64,000 bases of DNA from Eledone cirrhosa. Its lineage: Eukaryota. The first letter of the stretch is position 1. Each line of letters opens with the position of its first letter. Below are positions 32,621 through 45,740 of this stretch, piece after piece. Below the pieces are notes generated by a model. It saw nothing but the letters and a program-made list of their open reading frames with translations, did not search any database and was not told where the DNA came from. Location of the stretch: positions 121,892,001-121,956,000 of the forward strand of contig OZ024745.1 of NCBI GenBank assembly GCA_964016885.1. The letters are read 5' to 3'. The position numbers and the translations under genes were made by a program.

Positions 32621-32819
32621 AAAGGAAGCAGTGACCCCCCCCCCCCCCACACACACATTTACCGTGGCGTCCATGATGTGGGAGGAAGCAAAATGTATTC
32701 ATATCTATCAATCTATCGCCAAGTACAGAAAGCATTCTCCAAAGGAGAATCAACTGGATTTATCACTTTTAAGACAGAAGAAAAGTTTTATTTCATATGT
32801 TGAAGGAAATTATGTTTGA

Positions 32820-34590
32820 GCTGGGTAAACAAAATTATTTGTGTTCTGGACAAATAAGTCTTGTAAACTACCCACCCTGGAGCAACCAACGTAAAGCTGA
32901 CCATGAGAAAAGTGAGGCTAACTTAAGTGCAAGCCAGTAGATTTCAAAGTCTGACATTCAGCTTTATTGATAGACATTACAAAGCAAAGTTGCACTGGGA
33001 ATTGTGTTCATTTGAACTCAAATGGCATGTCCATTGGTTTGATTGGAATTCTTGTAATGAAAACATCTTTCCCAGGGGCACACCCAGCGCTGATGGCAGC
33101 TTCAATCACATTGTGATAATGTTTTCACAATCAACTTTATCCCATTGCATAATTTTAGAGGATGTAAATTTCTTAGAAGCATTATGGCGAATCCAACCTT
33201 TAGAAAATGTTTGTGGAGGATTTCCAGCTGGCTCAAGAGAATTAAGGAACTCTGTTAGGCAATGGACAGCTTGATTTTCATTAAAGACTGAATCAACTGA
33301 TTTGAACTCCATAATTACTGTTGGAACCTTATTCATTAGCTCATGGTTAATCCTTGCTACTGTCTCATTTTTTGTTTAGCAAGAATTACCCTTTGTGTGA
33401 ATTATAATGATTACTTAAGTCTGGAAATACTGTTCTTCAATTCAGCTGGTGAATCCACCATGAAAGCAATATGAGCCCAATTGATATAACCATTTCCATA
33501 AATTGGTACTGTCCTATTTCCTAATTGAAGGAGTTAGGGTTGAAAACTGTTCTATACATTGGTCCCTGTGTAATAAAGCTTGCATATTAATATTGAAGAG
33601 GAATTTCTGTACTTTATTCCATAGCTGTGAAGACATAATGCAGGCTTTTATTTCATCAGCTCTTGTTCCTCTCGGAATAACTGGTAATGTCTGTCTGAAA
33701 TCTCCTGATAAAACTAATGTAACTCCTCCCATAGATTTATTGTTGTCTCTTATGTCCTGTAAGGACTTATCAAGAGCTTCCATTGCTCCTCTATGTGACA
33801 TTGTGCATCCATCTCAAATGATCAGGTGGCATTGGTGCAACACTTCTGCTGAACCCGAACCTTTGCTTATGTTACAAATTGGACCGTCATTAGCAGCCTG
33901 GTTTAGCAGTAATTTAAAATCAAAATGAGCTGTTTGTCCTCCTGGGAGAAGGGTGGCAGCAATGCCAGACAATGCTACAGCAAGTGCAATTCTATTTTGT
34001 TGCCTTACCTTAGAGAGAAGCAATGTTGTTTCAAATGCTTTACCTGTGCTACCTGGTGCATCAAGAAAAAAAATTCCTCTGACTGACGAAATGATTTCAT
34101 AATATGCACAGCATTGTTCTGGAAGACATTCAAGCTCATGTTCATTCACAAATACAGCCAACTTTGTGATATTATAATTTGTCTCTCTTGCAATTAACTC
34201 TTGAAGTTAAACCACTAATTTGACTGTTTGCTTTTGGCAGTTCAGAACGAGTCTCTTGCAAATTCTTGCCTCTCATGGCCAAAATTGATCCTCACTTTCA
34301 ATCAGTGCTTGATTGAAAATTTCTTTATAAAACTGAATATTGATACCTGGGTTTGCCTGTTGAACTGCAGACTTTAAGTTCGCAGCCAAAGCTGTAGGGC
34401 ACTGCCAATTTGGCACATGTTCAGCATAATATATCTTCCTCTCTCATACTGTGCAAATTTGTCATTTTTATTTATCTGCTGACTGCCATTCTGCACTAGA
34501 ATGTATGTTGCAGCATCTAAACCTTTGTTTACATATTTGCAAACATACTTAATGGACTTAAAAGAGCTGCAGAATTCAACATTGATATGG
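32820..34590 (-). mobile_element. Helitron RepHel remnant (Rep C-terminal part + Pif1 helicase)
   Basis: HINVEFCSS.KSIKYVCKYVNKG; FFLDAPGSTGKAF (Walker A); AVALSGIAATLLPGGQTAH; MSHRGAMEALD; LSGDFRQTLPVIP; EFLNSL; FSHGQLYVGCSRV. Confidence 0.92.
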
Positions 34591-34946
34591 AAGTTTGCAG
34601 TTGTGTAAATGTATTATGTATGCACACTTTGTTTAATAACATTAATACTCCCTGAGCGAGCCTCGATGTGGACACTCAACTAGCTAGAAACAGTAGTCAG
34701 TTCTCCCTCAAAATGCAACCTACCTTCTTAAATAAGAAGGGATACAAAAGGATGAGATTATAACAGTTTGAACACCTTTGATAAATGTAGGTTGCTTGAG
34801 GAGGGATTATTTATGTTTTTAAGCAACAATCACTACAATATCATCCCATGACAAATCAAATAGGCTCTCTGGATATTCATGAAATTATTGTTCATAAAAA
34901 TATTCCTGGTTAGTTGACTATTGCTCCTATGTTGCTACTGATGAAA

Positions 34947-35218
34947 CCCTTTAATATTTAAACCGGTCATATCTGGCCAGAATTCTCTCACCTCTTTCAG
35001 TTCAAACCAGCTGTAACTAGACCCTCATACTGATGTTAAGATATTGCTCAAAATAAATACTGTCAAAATCTCATAGATTCAATTTTATGAGAGATTCTAT
35101 GTGAGATAAAGCCTTTACCACAAAAATACACTAGTGTATATACCCACCCTTGCAAGCAGGGAAAAAATGGACGTAAAATGAAATGAATGAATGAATATAG
35201 TAATTAAATGCTAAAGGG
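34947..35218 (+). mobile_element. piggyBac-type MITE containing a ~55-bp RTE tail (35141-35195)
   Basis: Family internal sequence; right end AATGCTAAAGGG-TTAA; insert CCCACCCTTGCAAGCAGGGAAAAAATGGACGTAAAA(TGAA)n. Confidence 0.8.
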
Positions 35219-35937
35219 TTAAATCTCATGGAGAGTAAAGTAACTGGAAGGAATGTGATGTAAGCAAATCGCAAATCCCAAATACCTTGTCTTCATTAAT
35301 GCAGCATTATTGTTGCTGCTACTGATGATGCTAATAATAGTGTTTTCTAACTTTAGCACAAGGCCACAGATAATTCTTTTGAAGGTGCAGTATTGATGGT
35401 ACTGACCTATTCGAGTAATTTGGTGAGGACAGGTCAGTAGTAAATGGCCACGCTGGTGCCGCTGGATTTTGAATTCTGAACTTACAAGCGAAACTAAATA
35501 TCACAAGTGATGGTAAAATTAGAAGTGGTGATGTAAAACAAACTTCTTGTTCCAAGCTACCTTATTTTTGGCACTTTCAGTTACCTTCTGAACTCTTGAA
35601 TCAAATCTACTATTCAAAGTTGAAAGCTTATTTTGTTTTGAATGCATTCTGCAATAAAACTCATGTTATTATAGAAAATTTCTGTAAATGTCAAGTTTTA
35701 AAGTCTGATGGTTATTGCCTCAAAGTCTGGGGTTAGGGATGAATTATGTTTAACTCCAAGTCAAGCTTGACTATGCAGACCTTGTTCCACCCCCAAAACA
35801 ATGTGGAATTTATGGGAAATTTGGTTGCTATTTCTAGCAGGTTGAGTGACTTTTCTTAGTGAATCTGTATTAACCCTTTCATCACCATGTTTTAAATGAA
35901 ATACATGGCCTAGGTTCTCCAAATAATTTTGAAAATA

Positions 35938-36102
35938 CCATATTTCCTGGCATTGAAGATGCTACTTTTTTCCTAAAATAAGTCTCAAAAATCTACCATG
36001 CATTCTGGAAGCCGAAGGTTGTTTATTTTTTTTCAAATTCTTGGTTGTCAAAATTAGGGTGTGTCCTCGAGGACAAAGCATCTTCGGAGCCAGGAAATAC
36101 GG
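35938..36102. mobile_element. Tc1/mariner-pogo-type MITE with TA TSD
   Basis: TA-CCATATTTCCTGGCATTGAAGATGCT ... AGCATCTTCGGAGCCAGGAAATACGG-TA (~26-bp TIRs). Confidence 0.8.
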
Positions 36103-36989
36103 TAATCAAGCATTTGTAACATAACTTAAAAAAAAGGTTCTTGCATAGAATCACGATGAAAAGTTTTTGGATCAGTATAAACTCTTTAAAACAAAGTTTT
36201 GTATTGTTGAACTATGGGCAGTTTCAAGCCTTATCATTGTCGTCATTTTTATATTGACTTTTCCATGCTAGCATGGGTTGGGCAGGACTTTTAAGACATG
36301 GTTTTATATCTGGATGCCCTTCCTGGTACCAACCCTTTTAGTTGCTTCTTACGACATAATACAGCAGGGATAGTGTGTACCTATTTTACCCCCTTTGGAT
36401 CTTGTTATCCAAAGGGTTAGTATATGTACTCTAAATTTCTCACTAAGCCATCATTATCATAACTTTACTTGGAATTTTAACATGATTTTGACAACATTAT
36501 TTAAGTGGTATTTATGTGTTAAGTTGAAAAAAAAAACCCATTAAAAATAAAAAAATAAAAAAACCCAAAAAACAAAACTCTTCATAAATTTCTGACTGAG
36601 AATAAGGAAAATAATAGAAGTGATTGTCATATAGAAAATGACCTGAGTGTTCAGTAGACAAGTGACAGGTAAAGGAGGTATGACTGCTGAAACTTTACAT
36701 CAACAATCATTTCAGGTATGTGTGTCACAATGGTTAGATGAATATTAGCATCACATGACAGCTCGTATTTCCAATGGCCTGTTCATATTTCAAACATGTC
36801 ACCAAAGATAAGACATGAGGAAGATGTAAAACAGGGATGCCCAAACTTTTTAGACAATTGACCCCTTCATCAAATCCTTCACCCCCCACCCCCCATTGAC
36901 CCTTGGAATGTACAAAAATAAGTGAATAAATAAATCAGTAAACTGAATATAAAATAGACAATAAAAATTTATTTTATATAAATCAGAAA

Positions 36990-37270
36990 TGTGTATAAGA
37001 AAGTCACTCCAGGTAGAGCTGCTACTTCTCCGAATTGAGAGATCATAGCTCTGATGCTATGGGCATGTGGTTAGAATGTCTCAGGAAAAAATCGCCGGAC
37101 AGATTTTACGGGCAAAACCAACTGGCAAGAAACCATGAGCAAGGTGGTTGGATAACATCTATGAGCTTGGCTGGGCACGCTTGGGGATCCAGCAGGATCA
37201 GTTGGAGATGGTTGCTTCTGACAGGACTTGCTGGAAGGAGTGTTTGAGGATTCTGCCCCCACGATCCTTT
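36990..37270 (+). mobile_element. RTE-clade (Expander/Rex3-like) 3' fragment
   Basis: IRKSLQVELLLLRIERS*L*CYGHVVRMSQEK...LDNIYELGWARLGI. Confidence 0.7.
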
Positions 37271-37339
37271 ATTTTTATGGCTTTTTTCGTGGCAATATAT
37301 ATAAAAGATGTAGCGGGATCACAGGTAAGCTAACTAAGA

Positions 37340-38272
37340 ATATAGATTTTATATGTGGCTGGTGCTCGGGTGCAATAAGTAGCAGCAAGTGCCCACAATA
37401 CTAGCTCATTCCATTGCACAGATGGTTCTATAGAAATAGTGGACACCTTCCGTTACCTGGGTGACAAAATCAGCAGTGGTGGAGGGTGCTCTGAAAGTAC
37501 AGTAGCTAGAGTCAGAACGGGATGGAAAAAGTTCAGAGAGCTTATACCACTATTGGCCGCTAAAGGGTTCTCTAAAAATGAAAGGCAGGCTGTATGATGC
37601 CTGCATACGAACAGCAATGTTACATGGCAGTGAGACTTGGGCATTGTGTGCAGAGGATATATGCAGACTGGAGAGGAATGAAGCTTGCATGCTCCGCTGG
37701 ATGTGTAATAGTAATATACGTGAATGGCAAAGCATAAATGAACTAAGGGAGAAATTAGGAATAAGAGGAATCAGATGTTGTTTACTCGAGAGAAGACTAC
37801 GTTGGTATGGTCACGTAATGCGCATGAAAGACAACTTGATAAATTCCGATCTCACACACTTACACCTTTCCAAGACAATGTCACTGGACCGAGATCTTTG
37901 GTGCTACACAGTAATACAGAAGACCCGCCTTGCCTAAGTACAAAGCGAAACCTACAGTCAGTAGGCACCTCTAACAAAAATGAGGTCGTGTAGATGTCAC
38001 GAAAAAAAAAACAGTCCATGCTGTAATGTGGCCGTGTAGGTAACATGGTAAAAACTTCCCAGTCCACGCTGTAATGTGGCCGTGTAGGTAACACGGTAAA
38101 AACCTCCCAGTCCACACTGTAAACGTGGTTGGTGTTAGGAAGAGCATCCAGCCGTAGAAAACCCGCCAGACAGTCCTATACGAGCAAGACAACCAATCTT
38201 GCCTCAAGTGGGAAAATTCCCGTCCAAACCCATGGAAGCGTGGAAGATGGACGTTAAACGATGATGATGATA
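37340..38272 (+). mobile_element. RTE LINE 3' portion
   Basis: FRYLGD, KGRLYDACIRTAMLHGSETWA, RLRWYGHVMRM; 3' tandem repeats and (GAT)n tail. Confidence 0.9.
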
Positions 38273-38997
38273 TATATATATATTTTAACACTAAATTATT
38301 AACAATATACCGTATTTGCTGGCCGATTGAACACTCCTTCGCGCTAAGACACACCCTCTTTTTATTATTTATTATATTTTCCGTCCAATATTCAGTTTCT
38401 CACTCTTCGCGGGTGCTCTAGAAACGTAACCCCAATGAATACCGGGGGACAACTGTATATACAATGTTGGTAGAAATCCGTAGATGAAAGATCAAGGAAA
38501 ACGGTGCTCAATCTATTGTAAGAGAGATTATTTAGTATAAACAAAGTTTCATACACTTAACATGTATGTACTACTATTGGTTTCTGGATCCAATTATGGC
38601 CACCACTGTATATTGCAGAAGGCACTTTTAAACTGGCCCTTCATTCAGGCACATGGAGAAAGTTCTATGGAACAAAACCATCCATTTAGAAGGATCCTAT
38701 TTAAATTATCTTCCATCATAATTTTATATAAGAATATTTACAAATACCATCTTAATAATTGAAATATTTTTGTAAATCATTCAAAATTCTTAATTAATTA
38801 ATTAATTAATTAATTCAAATAGTGTATTTTATCAGAAATATGGTAATGAAAGGGGTAAATAATATTGTTGGAAAGTTTTAATTTATTTAGGAACCCTTTA
38901 AAATGGGTGGTTCTGTTTTCAAGAACCAGAAGCAGGCTGATTTTAAAAGGTTTAAAAACTCTATTATTGCTGCCATGATATTCCTTATTCACACTAA

Positions 38998-39216
38998 CCC
39001 TTTAGTATTTAAACCAGCTGTAACTGGCAAGAATTCTCTCGTCTCTTTCTGTTCAAACCATCTGTAACTGGTGACTCATACTGATGTTAAGGTATTATTC
39101 TCAAAATAAATAATATCAAAATCTCATAGATTCAATATTGTGAGATAATTATGTGAGGTAAAACCTTTATCATGAAAATACAATAGTATATATAGAGTAG
39201 TGTAAATGGTAAAGGG
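38998..39216 (+). mobile_element. piggyBac-type MITE
   Basis: CCCTTTAGTATTTA ... TAAATGGTAAAGGG; family internal sequence. Confidence 0.82.
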
Positions 39217-39736
39217 GTAAGGAAAATGCTCTGAGCATTGCAACTAGGGATAACAGGGTAAGATTAATATAGTCAATGTTGTATATGATTTAGTAAAGAT
39301 TTGTAGTAGTTTGAGAGGAAAGGTTAGTAAGACGGGTGGGAACATTAGTCAAAGTATTCATTGATTATTGTGTAGTGTCAGATACCGTAGGAAATGTGAT
39401 CTAAACCTTATAATCAAATGTTACTGCTGTGACCAGCATGTCTTTTTATTCAGATATAAAATACCCAAAACTACAATATCAAATGTATTCTTCCTTGTTC
39501 AGTCCTAGATTAACCTGAGAAAATTTGCAAACTTACGATCAAAAGCATGCCAGCCATGACTATCCTGCCTTTCACTAAGACAATGTATTTAGGACTACAT
39601 TTTCCGATGTATGGTCTGATTTAAGGGAGATTTTACTGCTATTTGTAGCTAGTTAAATAACTACATAGAAGCTTCTTTGTGGACTAATGTGTGATTTGTT
39701 TTTTTAGGTTGTATGGTATTATTTCATTAATCATCA

Positions 39737-39952
39737 GGGCGAGGGATTGGCAGTATCGGTAGAGGGTCGGACACCATGCTTTGCAGCATAGTTACGGCCC
39801 CTTACAGTCTGAGTTCAAATCCCGCCGAGGTTGACTTTGACTTTCATCCTTACGGGGGCAATAAAATAAAGCACCAATAATGTACTGGGGTCAATTTAAT
39901 CTACTTTCCTCTCCCCCCCAAAATTGCTGGCCTTGTGTCTATATAAGAAACC
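39737..39952 (+). mobile_element. tRNA-derived SINE family A, full length
   Basis: A/B boxes, core and tail; TSD ATTATTTCA(T/C)TAATCAT on both sides. Confidence 0.9.
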
Positions 39953-40115
39953 ATTATTTCACTAATCATGGAGCTCCTTCCTTGGGATTGATTTCCTCTC
40001 CCGATTTTTTAGAGGAAAACACCAGTTCAGAACCCAAGGACAACTGAAGTGATTGGCACAAAGGAAGCAGTCGGTGAAGACATACATTGACACAATTTCA
40101 CAATAGTGTAGTAGT

Positions 40116-40283
40116 TGTAGAATTTCAGTGAGAGAAAGCTTGGCTATCAGTCAGATGGCTTTTTATTCAATGTTTTCTAGAACATGTGCATGTGTGATGG
40201 AATGAACAACTGTTTCAGGTATACAAAGAACAAGAGAAATGTCTTATTTATCTTTATTCTTAACAAATTTCATGTATTCTACA
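40116..40283 (-). mobile_element. Putative short LTR
   Basis: TGTAGAAT...ATTCTACA 8-bp terminal inverted repeat; AATAAA on the minus strand; preceded on the minus strand by TGGTGGCGACA. Confidence 0.4.
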
Positions 40284-40636
40284 TGTCGCCACCATAAATA
40301 AAACTTAAGGGGAAATCTGCCTCGTGGTCCTGGCCAACAGGATGGAGAAGACATTGTGCCCTGGAGGACAGTGAGGGAGACATGCTGGAACAGCCAACAC
40401 TGCCCTGATAGTAGTGAGCAAGGATGTGGTTTGGAGGCTTAGAACGGAAGTCTCTACTGACACAGGCTCAACCACAAACCTAACAGTGTGGCCAATACTG
40501 GAACAGTTAATGTATTGATGTTATATTAACAGAATTAGTCTCTGTTTGAAATTATATGGTTACCTCTGGTTTAACAAAAACTGGGAGTTCTAAAGAATAG
40601 GAATGTTATTCAATTTGATGACAGATTTAACCCTTT

Positions 40637-41105
40637 CATCATCATTATCATCATCATCATCTTCGTATAACGTCCATCTTCCACTCTAGAATGGGTTAGA
40701 TGGGAGTTGTCCCACTTAAGGCAAGGTTGGTCGGGTGACCATGTCTCGCTCATATAGGACTATCTGGCAGGTTTTCTACGGCTGGATGCCCTTCCTAACA
40801 CCAACCACATTTACAGTGTGGAACTGGGAACTTTTTACCGTGTTACCTACACGGCCACATTACAGCGTAGACTGTGTTTTTTTGTCGTGACACCTACACA
40901 ATCTCGATCTCATTGTCTCATTTATTTGGACTGGATGTTGTGGTACCAACTTTACAGAGAGAGGGTGGTGTTGGTGGGAGTGGGAGGATAGGGTAGGGGT
41001 AGTGGATTGGGGTGTATATTTGGTTAAGAGGTGCCTACTGACTGCAGGCCTTGCCTTGCACGCAGGCATCACCGCGCAGCGCCAAAGATCTCGGTCGAGC
41101 GACAT
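40637..41105 (-). mobile_element. RTE 3' tail
   Basis: MSLDRDLWRCAV peptide, 3' repeats, (ATC)n; reverse of 37880-38270. Confidence 0.82.
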
Positions 41106-41402
41106 ATTTTCATACTAAACTGCTTGATGACTGCTCTAGGTTCTATCCTACAAAGCTGTTTGTTTTAAAATGTCTGTATTTATCTAAAAACCTTTTATCA
41201 GAATTTTATGTAAAAACCTTTGTTTCAAACACCAGCTTAATAATGAGAAAGTTAACCCCCCCCCCCCCCAATCGATCCCAATACCTGATTATTTTCAAAA
41301 TCATTTAAAAATTGTAGGCAGTCTTTCGTTAGAAATATAGTAACAAAAGGGTTAATAAAAAATTTGAAAGCATTTTCTCAAATTATGTATTATTTCATTA
41401 TA

Positions 41403-41602
41403 AGGACAGTGGATTGGCAGAATTGATAGAGCGTCAGACACCATGCTTTGCAGCATAGTTATGGCCCTTTACGTTCTGAGGTCAACTCCCACTGAGGTTA
41501 GCTTTGAGCTTTGCCTTTCATCCTTACAGGGGGTCGATAAAAAGCACCAGTAATGCACTGGGGTAATTGCTGGCCTTGTGCCAAAAGTAGAAACAATTAT
41601 TA
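41403..41602 (+). mobile_element. tRNA-derived SINE family A
   Basis: Family A motifs. Confidence 0.85.
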
Positions 41603-42093
41603 TGGTATCTTATTTGTACATATCTTCTCATATAAGATTGTTGGAAGATTTTAATTTAAACAAGAATCCTTTCAAATGGGCGGCACCAGGGCAGGTGGAC
41701 ACACAACACCTAAACAGTAGCATAGCAGTCTGCTTGGTGGTGATAATAGTTAATCACATTCTTTGGGTGCTGGAATAGTACTATTGGTCACTTTTGATGT
41801 GTATTATGTTGTTTTTGTGTGAGAAACAGCAAACTGAATAGCCCAGAGGAGTTCAAACTCTAATTATGCTAATGCACTGAAGTATATTATATATTAATTT
41901 AATTTGGGTGAGTTCATTAATGAATGTTCATTAATTAAAATTAACTTTAAATAATGTCAAACTTCATTCACTGCTGATATTACATAAGCAACAACTGTAG
42001 GTTTCATAAGCAGCTTTCATATCTGTGTCCTTTAACTTTTTCATTTGATTCAAACTGACATTTATATGTAGTCCTATGAACTTTGAGGGTTAA

Positions 42094-42300
42094 CCCTTTA
42101 GCATTTAAACCAGCTGTATCCGGCCAAAATTCTCTCACTTCTTTCTGTTCAAACTGGTTGTAGCTGGCCACTTGTACCGATGTTAAGGTATTGTTCTCAA
42201 AATAAATTATAACATCATCAAAATCTCATAGATTTGTATCATGTGAGATAAAGACTTTACCATTTAAATATGATAGTAAATATAATGTAAATTCTAAAGG
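42094..42300 (+). mobile_element. piggyBac-type MITE
   Basis: TTAA-CCCTTTAGCATTTA; family internal sequence; degenerate right end. Confidence 0.82.
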
Positions 42301-42506
42301 TTTGGTAGGGGTCAACGCTGCCAAAATCCACCTCAATGGCCGATGACCCTGAAGTTCTGTGTCCTTCGTTTGTATTTGTATTTTTAAAAACTAATTTTGT
42401 AAGGTTCCCCTTAAAAAATTGTTTTTCATTCATTGTCTTGTCCTCTCTTCGTTAATTTTCGTAAGTTTATATATACATGTATGTGTGTGTGTGTGTGTGT
42501 GTGTGA

Positions 42507-42821
42507 GAAGGCATATGGCTTAGTGGTAAGAGCTTTGGGCTAACAATCGTGAGGTTGTGAGTTTGATTCTTTGACCGAGCTTTGCGTTGTGTTCTTGAGC
42601 AAGACACTTTATTTCACGTTGCTCCAGTTTACTCTGTAGAAATGAGTTGCAATGTTGCTGGTGCCAAACTGTATCAGCCTTTGCCTTTCCCTTGGACAAC
42701 ACTGGTATGTATGGGTGACTGTTGGTCTTCCACAAACAACCTTGCCTGGACCTGTGCCACAGAGGGGAACTTTTTAGGTGCAAATCCCATGGTCATTGGT
42801 GACCGAAGGGGGTCTTTACCC
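42507..42821 (+). mobile_element. tRNA-derived SINE family B (CORE-like domain)
   Basis: TGGCTTAGTGGTAAGAGC A-box, GAGTTTGATTC B-box, GTGTTCTTGAGCAAGACACTTTATTTCACGTTGCTCCAG. Confidence 0.8.
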
Positions 42822-43237
42822 CCCCTCTCTCTCTCTAAGCAAGAGAGAGAGAACGCTGGGAGGTTATATCTAGTAAGTAGAGCAATTCAATGTAAATTTA
42901 GTTCCACAACATATGTCTATATATATATATCCGTATGTATGTGTTTGTCTATAGTTACTTAAGTGTGAATGCTTTTTATTAATGTGTATATTTCTCTAAA
43001 TATAGTTTTTTCAAAGAATCCTTGTTCTTAAAATCTCTTGGCCAATGATCTCTGTCCATCCCAATCACCACCTTCCCCTACCACCAGAAAACTTATAAAT
43101 ACCACCATATCACAATGACAGTTGGTTTTCCTGATGATTTCCTTAGAAAGAAACAGTTCTAGTCCTGTAGAAGCCATTTCTATATTAAATATTATACACC
43201 CCACCCCACACTGCATACTCCACCCTCTCACTTCCAT

Positions 43238-43483
43238 CCACTGTAAAGTGGTCGTGTAGGTGACACGACAAAAAGCACCCAGTCCACACTGTAAAGTGGT
43301 CGTGTTGGAGACATGGTGTAAAGGCTCCCAGTCCACACTGTAAATGTGGTTGGTGTTAGGAAGGGCATCCAGCTGTAGAACACCTATACGAGCGAGACAC
43401 GGTCACCCAACCAATCTTGCCTTAAGTGGGACAAATCCGTCCAACCTATGCATGCGTGGCAGATGGACGTTAAACGACGACGA

Positions 43484-43488
<5 letters not shown>
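43238..43488 (+). mobile_element. RTE 3' tail with ~48-bp repeats
   Basis: CACTGTAAA.TGG unit x3; GGAAGGGCATCCAGCTGTAGAA; GGACGTTAAACGACGACGATGAT. Confidence 0.8.
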
Positions 43489-43522
<34 letters not shown>

Positions 43523-43921
43523 CTCTTCTTTTATTTTAAGAAGTCAGTTTGGTTATTGTTTTTTTTTCTTTTTCTCTTTTTCTCTTTCTTTTAGTAAACA
43601 ACAAATGTATTACTAAACTGTTGGAGAGAGCAGTGGAGCTTTATATATTTTATTTATAAGATTTCTTGTGTAGCCTTGGATGTTGAATAAATTAATGGCA
43701 CATCTAAATCTGGTTTCTATTTTTGATGACATTTTGTAAAGTTAACTAAGTCAAGGTTATCAAACATAGATTGTAAGTTGGTTGTTGCTTACCATTTGTT
43801 TGTTTTTCACTTATATAAGGTTAATACTAAGTTTCAAAGAATGGATTTCTAAAGAATATAGAAGGAAAACTTTGTAAAACTAGGATTTTTTAATATGTAT
43901 GATTATATAAATATAAACGTG

Positions 43922-44039
43922 CAAACACAAACACAGACACTTACGAAATACACTCACAGATTCACACAAACACACACACACATTCACACAAACACTCACA
44001 CAAACACACACACACATTCACACACAGATTCACAAACAC

Positions 44040-44074
<35 letters not shown>

Positions 44075-44145
44075 CACATTCACACAAACACACACACACA
44101 TTCACACAAACACACACACACACATTCACACACACACACACAGAT

Positions 44146-44179
<34 letters not shown>

Positions 44180-44500
44180 TCACACACACACACACACAGA
44201 TTCACACACACACACACACAGATTCACACACACACACACATTCACACACAGATTTACACAAAAACACACATTCACACAAAAACACACACAGATTCACACA
44301 CACACACGCACAGATTCACACACATATTCACACGCACGCACACACACACACAAACCCATACACACAGATTCACACACACACACACATACACAGATTCACA
44401 CACAAAAACACAGATTTGCACACACATACAGATTTACACACACACACACACACACAGATTCACACACACACACACACAGATTCACACAAACACATACACA
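43922..44500. repeat. Degenerate (CA)n punctuated by (G)ATT
   Basis: Visible. Confidence 0.92.
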
Positions 44501-44513
44501 GCATAACAAATAG

Positions 44514-44682
44514 AACGCCAGCTGCTATTTTGCTACAGTTTTTTCACCACCCCCTTCCTTCCTTTTACATACACATACATTTACACAGGCAGCAGATGTA
44601 AAGAGAGAGGAGTAGTACGAGGTAGTCAAACTACTCCTCTCTCTTTACGTGTTTACAGAACCACAGAAATTTATATAGAGAT
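44514..44682 (-). mobile_element. Small hairpin-bearing repeat with a Helitron-like 5' end (second copy 51485-51630)
   Basis: 19-bp stem GTAAAGAGAGAGGAGTAGT/ACTACTCCTCTCTCTTTAC; minus strand starts A|TCTCTATATA. Confidence 0.55.
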
Positions 44683-44984
44683 GCTTGTAGCTTTTTTGGT
44701 TTCTCAGTATTTTAAAAATGTTTCTGTCTCTTGTATACTAAGAAAATGTGCTCCATTCCTAATTTAAAACGCCTAAGTTATTTATATATTTTTTTAAATG
44801 ACAAACTATATCATCATCATGGCATGTCGCACATGCACACATATGTACATGATGAGCTTCCTTACAGTTTTTAATTGACCCCTAGGCCAGTGATTTCCAA
44901 TATGAAGGCAGTTATAGTTTTATTATTTATTAAAGTTTATTGCCACAAAAGTACAGTTGGTAACCATTCATTTACTGGTTTCAG

Positions 44985-45285
44985 ACATTAGACTGTGACC
45001 ATGCTAAGGCACCACCTTGAAGATATTTAGTTGATCATATCGACTCCAATATTTATATTTTTTCAAATCTGGTACATATTTTATCAATCTCGTTTTTTTT
45101 TTTGTCAAACCGCTGAGTTACATGACATAAACTCTGATATAAATACGCGAATACAGAGACACACACATAACAGACTTCTACAGCTTCCATCAACCAAATT
45201 TCTTTGGGCAGCCTAATGTACCAGTCAACCCCAAACCATGTGATTGCAGAATAAATTGCTTAACCACACAGCCATGTGGGCACCA
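44985..45285 (-). mobile_element. Degenerate tRNA-derived SINE (family C)
   Basis: Minus-strand head GGTGCCCACATGGCTGTGTGGTTAAG; related fragment near 56245-56325. Confidence 0.55.
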
Positions 45286-45357
45286 TGGTAGTTTCCAAAG
45301 TAGATTCAGGATTAATTTTCTACATCACTTAGCCCTTTTGTTACATAATTTCTAATG

Positions 45358-45740
45358 ATCTGCAAAACTTTCTGAATGTACTGGCCAAACATTAGCTGGA
45401 GGCTGGCTTACACATCAACGTCTCCAAAACAAAATGTATGACAACTGATAAAAACAATGCTAATCTCCAATTCACAATCTACAACCAGAAAATTGCTCAA
45501 GTTAGAGTTTGTATATCTGTCACAAACTATCATCAAACAACAATGGAATGGTTGCTGTGCAGTATCTCGTCGCTCTAGGTTGGGCAGATTTCAACAAGAA
45601 CAAGGAAGTACTAACATCAAAACGAGTTTCCTATCATTTGAAGGCTTAGATCTTTGATACTTACATCCTACCAGTTGTGTTATATGGTCTTGACTGTGTT
45701 AATTGGACGACAAGGTCACTTCAGAAGCTCTTTTTGAACT
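45358..45740 (+). mobile_element. RTE-like RT fragment
   Basis: AGLHINVSKTKCMT; IFDTYILPVVLYGLDCVNWT. Confidence 0.7.

Noticed and set aside
32820-34590. Host PIF1 helicase gene
   Set aside because: Intronless, many frameshifts and stops, joined to Helitron Rep motifs
40013-40073. Small plus-strand coding exon after a polypyrimidine AG
   Set aside because: Weak donor, stop codons in likely frames, no recognisable peptide
43125-43165. CTGATGA-TTTC..GAAA-GAAA hammerhead candidate
   Set aside because: No stem I or stem III pairing
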